A stretch of 64,000 nucleotides of DNA, taken from IMG/VR virus record IMGVR_UViG_3300037010_002844, positions 128,001-192,000 of that record; one strand, written 5' to 3'. Source of the stretch: a virus. The position numbers and the translations under genes were made by a program. Positions 56,198 to 64,000 of this stretch are shown piece after piece; the first letter of the stretch is position 1; each line of letters begins with the position of its first letter. The notes below the pieces were generated by a model. That model was given only the letters and a program-made list of their open reading frames with translations. It had not been told where the DNA came from and did no database searches.

Positions 56198-56776
56198 TCA
56201 TATGTTCATGAGACAGGCAGCACGGGCAATAACGTACGCATCGGTTGCATCACGCGACCAATCGACGGAGGTACCGTTCTTCTTGGTCGGCCACTTCACA
56301 TGTGACAAATCGTGCTGTGCCATGTGATCGAAGACCTGCTCCTTCTGGCTCTTGCCTGCTACCGAAGGCTTCTGCAGCTTCAAGCCACACTGCTTGCGGG
56401 CCGTGGGTGCAGAGATGTAATTGGGCTCTACGTTGAAGGTGTTCCGTGAGATATACGAGACGATCCCGTTGAACCTCAGCAACGAGGCAATGGTCGTGGC
56501 AGACGACATCCCCTGTCGAAAGCCCAGTAGAGGTTCTTCAATTGCGACGGCAATCTCGGCATTAGCGTGATTGACGTGCAATCCGTTTAGGTAGTGAGCC
56601 ACCACGTCGGCCTTGTCCCACAGCGTCTTACACTTCTTGAACTCGATATGATCGAGGTGGACAATGTGATTGCCAGTCCCGTCGGGGACCACGTCACGGT
56701 CGATCAAACAGACGCCCGTAATCGACGTAGAAACATCGAGTCCCAACACGTAACGGCGTTTCATCTTCAGTGGCAT
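56198..56776 (-). CDS. RuvC-like Holliday junction resolvase
   Basis: YVLGLDVSTSITGVCLID (first catalytic Asp). EEP. C-terminal SRDATDAYVIARAAC (the terminal Asp pair), in RuvC order. Confidence 0.65.
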   Translation of the reverse strand: MPLKMKRRYVLGLDVSTSITGVCLIDRDVVPDGTGNHIVHLDHIEFKKCKTLWDKADVVAHYLNGLHVNHANAEIAVAIEEPLLGFRQGMSSATTIASLLRFNGIVSYISRNTFNVEPNYISAPTARKQCGLKLQKPSVAGKSQKEQVFDHMAQHDLSHVKWPTKKNGTSVDWSRDATDAYVIARAACLMNI

Positions 56777-56816
56777 GTCATAACTGTGGACCCTCGCGGC
56801 CTCTCGTAAAATCGAG

Positions 56817-57233
56817 TTACAATAGACCTAGGCCCTTCAATTCACGCTCTGTGATTACTCGGAGGGCCACGCCGTGATCACGGCACCATATTCCAGCGGC
56901 CTCTAGCTTCTTGACAACCGTCGGACGGGTCAACCGCTTGGAAGGCTTGATTTCGACCACCTCGATGCGACCATCATCATACTCGATCTTGAAGTCTGGG
57001 ATATAACGGCGAACGCGGCCCGTCTTTTTGTTACTGATGTAGTCGATGGTAAATGCCTCGTACCACCAGGTCTTCACTGAAGCCTCACCGTCGAGGTACT
57101 CCATGAACTTGAGCTCCCATCCAGAGCGATACTTACACGCCGCGCCCGTCTTCGTCGAGGTGTATGTCCCCGTGATGTAGTGACCCTTGCGCTTCCGGCG
57201 CTTACGCTTGACGGGTGCTTTCTTGGCGGCCAT
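56817..57233 (-). CDS. PD-(D/E)xK nuclease-fold protein with basic N-terminus (possible homing/structure-specific endonuclease)
   Basis: YIPDFKIEYDDGRIEVVEIKP contains a PD...(E)xK arrangement (D, E-V-V-E-I-K). N-terminal KRKRRKRKG. Confidence 0.5.
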   Translation of the reverse strand: MAAKKAPVKRKRRKRKGHYITGTYTSTKTGAACKYRSGWELKFMEYLDGEASVKTWWYEAFTIDYISNKKTGRVRRYIPDFKIEYDDGRIEVVEIKPSKRLTRPTVVKKLEAAGIWCRDHGVALRVITERELKGLGLL

Positions 57234-57269
57234 CTGTGGATTGTATTGCGTCCCACCAGATGAGCAACA

Positions 57270-59777
57270 TCAAAAGTCGATCCCGACTTTGAAAAGAATC
57301 CGATCCCCGTGGCGCTTGACGATGGGCTGAGCGAGTTGGGTCTTCGCCACCACGTTCAAGTTCTCGTCATGAAAATTGAGGCCAGTGATGTAGACGTAAT
57401 TGGGATCGTTGTCAGTCTTGAAGCCCGAGGCAGGTAGCAGCTTGAAGTTCGGGTTGGAACTTGAGTTGAGCTGATTTTGGGCCGCAATCACCTCTAGCTT
57501 TAGCGAGTGAATCGACTGGACACCTCTAAACGAGACCTCGAAGTGATCCTTTCCGTAGAAGTAGAGGTGCGGGTTCTTGATGACAATGATTCCCTCGTCG
57601 TAGAAGACGTTGCCCACAGAGTTCCATGTGGATGCTGAGGTGAAGGTGTCGGCGCGATAGATGTTACCGTTGCCGTCGTCCTTCAGGGTCATCGGCACAC
57701 GGCCATTTGAGCCAGTCATGCCGCTCTCGTAGAGCTCAAGGGTGCCAGGCATAATTCTTTGGCCATAGTACAGATTACTGACGTCAAAGAATGTCACCTG
57801 GTTGGATGAGGGATCACGAGTACGTTGGTAGATCGTCAGCGGGGCATTGTTTTCAACGCCCGGAATGTAAGTGCCCGATGCCACTGATTGAGTTAGCTTA
57901 CGCATGAACCCAACGTAGGCTCGGCCAGGCTGATTACCCGGTTGCTCTGGCGTGAACCCGATCAACTCGTCAATGAACCTATCGGCATCTGCGGCCGCCA
58001 CACCCTCCACGTCTTCAAAGGCGCTGCCAAACAAGATGGAGGCAGTAGACAGCATGTTGCCTAGGTGAACGTAGCTCAGTTCTTCGACCCCGTCGTCACC
58101 GACCATGATGGTCCTAAGGCTCTCGCTCGCCAACAGTTCATAGGCAGGGATAAAGTTGCCATCGTCGCACGGCAGGATCAGCAAGTTCCTAGCACGGACC
58201 TTGGGATCATCGTACAGAAAATCGTTGGCGGCTCGAGCCTCTGTGGTGTAGTCAATGACCGACGCCGACAGATCGTGAGCCCGAGGGAAGACGTCGCTCG
58301 CAAAGTCACGCAGGTAATTTTCAATGTTGATGTAGTGACCATTGACGCCGAACGACATGGCCACGTTGAACGGTGACTGCGTGGTGCCGTCGACCTCAAA
58401 GAAGGGCGTCTGCATGATGCCACCGTGAGTGCCGACGAACTGCCTGAAGGGCGATTCCTGAATGAAGAACGGAGGCAAATAGAAGGCGACCAGGTTCCAG
58501 TCGAGCAACTTGGGCCCCTGAGACGCAGAAAACACGATGTCATCGTTGCTCATGTAGAAGCGCTTGAGCGCCACGTCATGAAGTTCAGCATTCAACGGGT
58601 GATTGAAGGCTACCGCAGCTGAGATTGGCGCGTCGATTCCAACCGTGCCATTGAGTTGCGTCAGACCCTCACGGAGGGCCGGATCTGCCGCAAAGAACAA
58701 TGATTGCTCATTGTTGCCTTTGTTGGTCCCCTCCCAATAGTTGCCAACGCACAGAACCGATGGCATGCCCTGGGCAGGGTCGCCAAACAACAAGGGCGCC
58801 ACTGTGCCGCTTGGAATGACGAACAACCCCTTGTCAACGCCGTCAATGTTGAAGCTGCCAGTTCCTTGGTTGATGAGACTCGTGCCCCAGCGAACCACCA
58901 CGTGGTGCCAGCGATTCCACTGCAACGAGTTATCGTCAGACAAGAACACAAGATCGTTCGGATAATTTCCTGGCAATGCCTCTGACGGCCGCGTGTCTGC
59001 GCTATGGCTCAACTGGAGCAATAGACGATAGCCAAGAGGCCGACCATTTTGGTCCTTCGCTGAGCCAGTGACCAACGACAAGGCATAGCACGATGAAACG
59101 TGCATGATGGTGCCAGCCTTGAACTGGCCATTGGGCTCCTCTGTCTGGTAACGTGGATTGATGTAGAAATCGAACGAGAATGAACCACTCAATGAGTAAT
59201 TGAGCGCCACGTAACCCTCGTGAGCCTGGTCGCTCATAGAGACATCGTAGTTCGGATACAACAGCACTGAACTCGTCGGAACAGAAGATGCGGTGAAGAA
59301 GTTCAGGGAGTTGTAGTTGGAGTAGGCCCAGTGCGCCGACGGGTACGACGTCCTGTAGTATTTCATCAAGATGTCCTTGACGATCAACTTCCTCGTGGTG
59401 TTTGAGCTGAAGTTGACGGAAGGCGTGAACCTGATGATGTCGAGAATCTTCTGCTTACGCGCTGAGATCGCCTGGCTGTCGACCTTGGACAAGTAGTCAT
59501 CCAGCATCCCAGGAAACTTCTCTGCGATGGTACTGACGTACTTAGCCAGACGCCCCAGCATCGTCAACTGACCGATGGTTGCGTTGAGGTCAGAATCGTC
59601 TTTCGTCGCATCAACGAACCCGGGTAGGGAGGTGACGTCTTTTTCGATCGACGACCGTCGAGCAAAAACGTGAACTGACCCAGTCACGCCCATCGACGAC
59701 GAGGAATATTGCCTAATCGGATTGGCGATGACGCTGAACGACTCTAGGTCGTTCTGGCTAACGGGGGTGAGTGACAT
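57270..59777 (-). CDS. large hypothetical virion protein (baseplate/tube-initiator candidate)
   Basis: 835 aa. C-terminal ...NLNVVAKTQLAQPIVKRHGDRILFKVGIDF is paralogous to the C-terminus of the ORF at 60015..61283 and resembles the terminal strands of the tube and sheath proteins. Confidence 0.4.
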   Translation of the reverse strand: MSLTPVSQNDLESFSVIANPIRQYSSSSMGVTGSVHVFARRSSIEKDVTSLPGFVDATKDDSDLNATIGQLTMLGRLAKYVSTIAEKFPGMLDDYLSKVDSQAISARKQKILDIIRFTPSVNFSSNTTRKLIVKDILMKYYRTSYPSAHWAYSNYNSLNFFTASSVPTSSVLLYPNYDVSMSDQAHEGYVALNYSLSGSFSFDFYINPRYQTEEPNGQFKAGTIMHVSSCYALSLVTGSAKDQNGRPLGYRLLLQLSHSADTRPSEALPGNYPNDLVFLSDDNSLQWNRWHHVVVRWGTSLINQGTGSFNIDGVDKGLFVIPSGTVAPLLFGDPAQGMPSVLCVGNYWEGTNKGNNEQSLFFAADPALREGLTQLNGTVGIDAPISAAVAFNHPLNAELHDVALKRFYMSNDDIVFSASQGPKLLDWNLVAFYLPPFFIQESPFRQFVGTHGGIMQTPFFEVDGTTQSPFNVAMSFGVNGHYINIENYLRDFASDVFPRAHDLSASVIDYTTEARAANDFLYDDPKVRARNLLILPCDDGNFIPAYELLASESLRTIMVGDDGVEELSYVHLGNMLSTASILFGSAFEDVEGVAAADADRFIDELIGFTPEQPGNQPGRAYVGFMRKLTQSVASGTYIPGVENNAPLTIYQRTRDPSSNQVTFFDVSNLYYGQRIMPGTLELYESGMTGSNGRVPMTLKDDGNGNIYRADTFTSASTWNSVGNVFYDEGIIVIKNPHLYFYGKDHFEVSFRGVQSIHSLKLEVIAAQNQLNSSSNPNFKLLPASGFKTDNDPNYVYITGLNFHDENLNVVAKTQLAQPIVKRHGDRILFKVGIDF

Positions 59778-59825
59778 TCCTGCTCCTCATCATAACTATA
59801 CCCCGTTGCATCGGGGGCCTCAGTC

Positions 59826-59963
59826 CGTCAGATGTTGCAGATGACACACTGGTTGGTCACCTGGCCATGTCGTGCCGTGGAACATTTGACTGAACAGAAC
59901 TTCTTGTCCTTCTTGTAAGACTCGAAGGGCTTTAAACACGTTTGGCATGTGTATTGATAACGC
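59826..59963 (-). CDS. small zinc-ribbon protein (45 aa; below ORF-track cutoff)
   Basis: MRYQYTCQTCLKPFESYKKDKKFCSVKCSTARHGQVTNQCVICNI. The ATG is embedded in the palindrome GGCATGCGTTATCAATACACATGCC. A genuine gene is uncertain. Confidence 0.25.
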
Positions 59964-60014
59964 ATGCCAAATCGTACAACTTTCTGTTTGACTGCTTACC
60001 AGTCGAGAATCATC

Positions 60015-61283
60015 CTAGAAGTCAAGTCTGACACGGAGCGTGAGATCCCTCTCAGGCGACTTCTCCACCGGCCTCGACAGCTTAGCCACCGCCAACAGGT
60101 TATCGTTGGCATCGTAGAGACCAACTGAAGTGATGAAGGTGAACGTCTGCTGCGTGTCTTCCTGACCCGGGTCAATGACGACGATTCGATTGTCAGCGTC
60201 AGTGAACGTCGGGTTGGACGAGTAGTTGAACTCGTCGGCGCCGGCGCGGCAGAAGATCAAAGTGCTGTTGATATTCGTCACGTTTTGGAACGTGATTGCT
60301 GACTGTGAGCCAGAACCAAATCGACACGCGGCGATGTGGTCGACGATGTTATCGATCGACGCAGAGACGACAAAGTCAGGAATGAACTTCTCGGCAAAGT
60401 TGGCCTGCCGGCCCGTCTCGGTGTGCGGGTCACCCAGTGTGATCCTACCCAACGGGTGCATTGCGTCGATGACGCCCGACATGAACTGTGAGCCAGACGT
60501 GATCTTGGCCATGTCAAGGACCATGATGCCACGGTCGTAGAACATCAGGCCGACTGACCGATTGGTGTTTGCAGAATCGACAATATTACCGACCTGACCG
60601 CCAAACGCCGTCAACTTGTTGGTCGACGCACCGATGTCGGTGTAAATCGCTGACCCTGAGGTCGAGGTGACATTGAGATTAGTGACGCCCGGATTATCGC
60701 CGTAGCCATTGAGCTGCGGTGGCACGTCAATGCTGGAGCCATTAGGACCGACCGCGACGAACGAGGCCGACTGATAGAACCGCATCGCCATCGTCTCACG
60801 TTTGATCTGATCGCGTGCAAACAAACGCTTGAAGGCGATGAACAACGCCACGTCCATCGAGTCCGACACGCCAGTCGAATCAAAGGGCGCCTTGAACGTC
60901 TGTGTCGAATCACCCAACAAAGCTTGCGAGAACTGACGATAGACGTCCAACTTTTCACGCATCATCAGTGAAGATGATGGGAACAGTTCCTTACCCGCTG
61001 CGTCGGTGCCCAACTGGCTCGACCGTGCCGTGGTGCCGCCAGGCAAGATTCCCAGCGTCATGTCGAAGATCGGGTTCGCTGTCTGCAGACTGAAGTCCTG
61101 ATCATAGACGGTCTGAAACAGCGAGCTGGTCACGCCAGGACCAATGCCGCCAGTGACGAAGACCTGGTACTTGCGCCGCGAAACTGAACCGCTGATGTCC
61201 TCCTGAAGGACGTCGATGAGCTGGTTCAGAAATGAGCGTGCCGTCTTGATGTCGCTCGGAAGGATTTCCTTGAAAATTGCCAT
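60015..61283 (-). CDS. hypothetical virion protein (tube-like C-terminus; gp48/gp54-like candidate)
   Basis: 422 aa. C-terminal ...DANDNLLAVAKLSRPVEKSPERDLTLRVRLDF is paralogous to the C-terminus of the ORF at 57270..59777. Confidence 0.4.
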   Translation of the reverse strand: MAIFKEILPSDIKTARSFLNQLIDVLQEDISGSVSRRKYQVFVTGGIGPGVTSSLFQTVYDQDFSLQTANPIFDMTLGILPGGTTARSSQLGTDAAGKELFPSSSLMMREKLDVYRQFSQALLGDSTQTFKAPFDSTGVSDSMDVALFIAFKRLFARDQIKRETMAMRFYQSASFVAVGPNGSSIDVPPQLNGYGDNPGVTNLNVTSTSGSAIYTDIGASTNKLTAFGGQVGNIVDSANTNRSVGLMFYDRGIMVLDMAKITSGSQFMSGVIDAMHPLGRITLGDPHTETGRQANFAEKFIPDFVVSASIDNIVDHIAACRFGSGSQSAITFQNVTNINSTLIFCRAGADEFNYSSNPTFTDADNRIVVIDPGQEDTQQTFTFITSVGLYDANDNLLAVAKLSRPVEKSPERDLTLRVRLDF

Positions 61284-61300
61284 GGGTCAGTGGGCTCCGA

Positions 61301-62017
61301 TCACAGATTCTTGTCGATGATGACGGTGATGTCCTTGACGGCACCTGACTGGACGCCTGTGATCTTGATGTAGGTCTTGATCTTCGACTTGTTGGCCGTG
61401 CTGCCGTAGACCGAGAACAAGGCGTCGGTCAGTGACTTGACCGAGAGGGTGAACTGGACGCTCGACCCGCCATATGCGTTCTCAGTCGGTGAACGGGTGA
61501 GGATGTAGGTCGCACGCTGCTGGCCGTCGACATTTTCAGGCGTGTTGCGGAGGACCTGGCAGAAGAGGTTCGGCACCTCAATGATGAACGTTTGGTCGCG
61601 GAGTTCAACGTCGATCGAAGTCTCGTTCTTGATGACCTGTTCCAACGTCATGGTCGACGTCTTCTGCTGATTACGACCCAGGGTCACCACAGCATTCAGA
61701 CCGTCAACGTTAGCATCGCCAGACAGGCTCAACGCAGGCAGCCTCAACAGGTTGGGGTTTGAGACGCTGATCAACTTGAACTTCTGCGAGTGTTGCTGAT
61801 TAGTCAACGCCTCGAAGATCGGCGTGTTCTTCTCGATCTTTTCACGGCCAACGGTACGACCATACTTCGAGATGATCCCATAGTTTACCTCATCGTCACC
61901 AAGAGCAAACTTGTGTAGTGAAAAGCTGCCGTCATTGCGGGCCAGGAACTGGCGCCCTACGTCAGTTAGCACAGCGTCGAGGATGATATTGTTAGTTGAA
62001 TGATCAAGGAACCCCAT
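61301..62017 (-). CDS. hypothetical structural protein
   Basis: 238 aa, co-oriented. No motif recognised. Confidence 0.35.
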   Translation of the reverse strand: MGFLDHSTNNIILDAVLTDVGRQFLARNDGSFSLHKFALGDDEVNYGIISKYGRTVGREKIEKNTPIFEALTNQQHSQKFKLISVSNPNLLRLPALSLSGDANVDGLNAVVTLGRNQQKTSTMTLEQVIKNETSIDVELRDQTFIIEVPNLFCQVLRNTPENVDGQQRATYILTRSPTENAYGGSSVQFTLSVKSLTDALFSVYGSTANKSKIKTYIKITGVQSGAVKDITVIIDKNL

Positions 62018-62020
62018 GCG

Positions 62021-62206
62021 TCACCGTGCCTCTTTTTGTTCTTCTGCGTAACGCCAGAAATAGCCAGCGTGTGATTCTCGTATACCTCGGCAACAATCAC
62101 CAGTGCGATCCTTGTGACCGTTAACGGCTTGTGCAGCTTCTTTCATTGAAGCGTAAGTAGTTAGCGCAGTCCCGTTCAGAACATTGCGAACCTCATACAC
62201 GATCAT
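62021..62206 (-). CDS. small protein with homing-endonuclease-associated DNA-binding-like motif
   Basis: MIVYEVRNVLNGTALTTYASMKEAAQAVNG...GIRESHAGYFWRY resembles the short N-x-x-F-x-S-x-x-E-A-A-x-x-x-G...GG/W-x-Y modules attached to GIY-YIG/HNH homing endonucleases. It also contains ACTACTTAC internally, so it may instead be a leader region. Confidence 0.25.
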   Translation of the reverse strand: MIVYEVRNVLNGTALTTYASMKEAAQAVNGHKDRTGDCCRGIRESHAGYFWRYAEEQKEAR

Positions 62207-62293
62207 GGTGATCTAGCCTTTACGTATTGCTCTATGGCGAGAAACTGCCCATCGACATCTGAATCCTACTTTTCACAGTGCGTCCGTAAACGA

Positions 62294-63991
62294 TCATCCC
62301 TTGACTTGCTTAGGCACGTTGAAGACGAACTTGGGGAACGTCAGTTTGGGCTGCGCCGCCCTAACGCGGTCATCGATGGCGACAGTCAGTTTTTGACTCT
62401 TCTGATTGTCAGCATTGATGAATTGAAAGACGTATGATCCATGTGTCTGCTTGGTCGACAAGATCCGATGTGCACGTTCCTGATCATCCTCAAGGATGTA
62501 GTACTCAGGGTTGAAGAACAAACGCAGTGTTTTAGAGTGAGGACCTGAAACACGAGCCACGTTGACAAAGCCTTCTCCTTCCAGATAGAGGTTCGGATAA
62601 GGCTTGGGAGCACCAGCGTGAGAAATCAGCGACTTCACCAACTGGTTTTTGAAGACATCGAACGACAGCTGAAACTGTGCTCCATAGCACGAGGTTAGAC
62701 CGTGAGCGTCAATGCAACAGACGGTGTAGATGTACTTCGAAGACTTAGTGAAGTCATCGTCAACATAGAACCTACACGGTGAAGTCAGGTGTTCAACGAG
62801 GTGTGGCTCAGGTCGCTCGTGATCGTCAGCCCTGACTGCAGAATCATCGAAGTCGTATTCCTTCAACAACTCAAAGGGTTGATCTGTCGTCACACGGCGG
62901 AAAACTTGAAACCTCTTGACGTCACGCTGCGAATTGGGTGGGAATGCCCAGTGCATCATCAACTTCTCGGTCTCATAGTTCCAGACGAAGTTGATGTCAG
63001 ACGGTGGCGGTGGTGCTGTGTCATCAACGATCTTGATGTCAACCTTGTTAGAAGGCTTCGACGACACCAGTACTTGAATCGTGGCAATATCACCCGTATC
63101 ATGATCAATGGCCGGAAGGTGGAACAGCGCAATCGTCCTGATCGTGTACGAGTACTGCTGATTGTACTTGACGGCCACGTCCAGCGCCCTGTGCACCTCG
63201 GGGTGCTCAACGATGATGGGTTGAAGTTGCTTGACTGACCCGTCGTCAGCAATCTCGTACTTGTCAATAATGAAGCCTACCAGTTCAGCGTTCATGCGCT
63301 GCACGTGGTGCGACGTTGGGTCGACACGAAGGTTAACGTACGGGACGATGACCTTGAACTCCTCGTCATTGATCGTCAAGTTAAGGCGCTTCTTGACAGA
63401 GTTGCCGAGCTTGCGACTGACAAAGTGCAACGATCCTGCATCCAATGGGAAAGGTGAGTGTGGGTCCTTGATGACGCGGTTGGTTACGTCATGGAACAAC
63501 TTCGAATTGATCTGCGAGTGCAGGTAGACGTGCTTCAGACGATTGAAGTACTGCCGATAGAGAACCTGAGCACCTGGAATAGTATGCATTGTGACGCCGC
63601 CAGCGGCGTCATAGTGTCGGGCTCCGAACGCACTGTGCGGCTGGATCATGGCCCGTGAGATGAAGTGAGGATTGATCCTGCTGGGCACTTGACGTTGTAG
63701 GGCCAACGAGGCCTTGTGAACGCTGAGGCCAGGGTCCTTCGGCGTCTCGAGAGTCAACTGTTCATAGCTGCCCGAGACAAAGTTGTAGACCTTGTCGTCA
63801 ATCGAACCATCGTGAAACGTGACAGCCAGATAGTTGTATGACGAGAAGTGATCCTCGTCAACGATTTTGTCAAGATTGTCAGCAATCAGCCTGGGCAGCG
63901 TCGGCGGGCGCTGACTGTGTTTTCGGACATCACTCTCGATAAGTTGTCCGCCAGGCGCCTGAAGCCTCGGCTTGTTCCAACTGAATGCCAC
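62294..63991 (-). CDS. hypothetical large protein
   Basis: 565 aa, co-oriented. No motif recognised. The start is near the window end, so the N-terminus is uncertain. Confidence 0.4.
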   Translation of the reverse strand: MAFSWNKPRLQAPGGQLIESDVRKHSQRPPTLPRLIADNLDKIVDEDHFSSYNYLAVTFHDGSIDDKVYNFVSGSYEQLTLETPKDPGLSVHKASLALQRQVPSRINPHFISRAMIQPHSAFGARHYDAAGGVTMHTIPGAQVLYRQYFNRLKHVYLHSQINSKLFHDVTNRVIKDPHSPFPLDAGSLHFVSRKLGNSVKKRLNLTINDEEFKVIVPYVNLRVDPTSHHVQRMNAELVGFIIDKYEIADDGSVKQLQPIIVEHPEVHRALDVAVKYNQQYSYTIRTIALFHLPAIDHDTGDIATIQVLVSSKPSNKVDIKIVDDTAPPPPSDINFVWNYETEKLMMHWAFPPNSQRDVKRFQVFRRVTTDQPFELLKEYDFDDSAVRADDHERPEPHLVEHLTSPCRFYVDDDFTKSSKYIYTVCCIDAHGLTSCYGAQFQLSFDVFKNQLVKSLISHAGAPKPYPNLYLEGEGFVNVARVSGPHSKTLRLFFNPEYYILEDDQERAHRILSTKQTHGSYVFQFINADNQKSQKLTVAIDDRVRAAQPKLTFPKFVFNVPKQVKG

Positions 63992-64000
63992 GTATCGCGG

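Noticed and set aside
1-64000. CRISPR arrays, rRNA or canonical tRNA genes
   Set aside because: No direct-repeat/spacer architecture was seen. The only tRNA-like element is the 3' domain of the tmRNA. Intergenic gaps are short and otherwise accounted for.

Overview
This 64 kb window is a densely packed, high-GC block of a T4-superfamily myovirus (phage) genome, with every supported gene on the minus strand. Gene starts are preceded by Shine-Dalgarno-like sequences, so the gene structure is bacterial-type. Reading in the direction of transcription (high to low coordinates), the window holds:

- a DNA-metabolism block: PD-(D/E)xK nuclease, RuvC-like resolvase, DnaG/gp61-like primase, and an SbcD/SbcC (gp47/gp46-like) pair;
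- a packaging block: gp17-like large terminase and a gp20-like portal that carries two HNH-containing inteins;
- a T4-like head module: gp21-like prohead protease, peptide deformylase, acidic scaffold protein, gp23-like major capsid protein;
- a phage-encoded tmRNA;
- a long run of fiber- and baseplate-like ORFs, including a patatin-like phospholipase;
- a tail module: gp13/gp14/gp15-like neck proteins, two tandem ~1000-aa tail-sheath paralogs, four tandem small paralogs, a gp19-like tail tube, a Nudix hydrolase, and a very long tape-measure protein that runs off the window start and was missed by the ORF track.

The observations I consider most worth follow-up are:

1. A family of at least six small proteins sharing an N-terminal MKIT-x-KQLR-x-IIREEL motif. 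It looks like a capsid-targeting, protease-cleaved propeptide of internal head proteins, which would make these candidate injected effectors.
2. A conserved (G)ATACTTAC-like element upstream of many structural genes, a candidate late promoter.
3. The phage tmRNA, with tag peptide ANDNGVAPLALAA.
4. Duplicated sheath genes separated by a terminator.
5. The twin-intein portal.
6. A split SbcD whose capping domain is fused to SbcC.

All functional calls rest on motifs read by eye and on synteny. No database searches were run.
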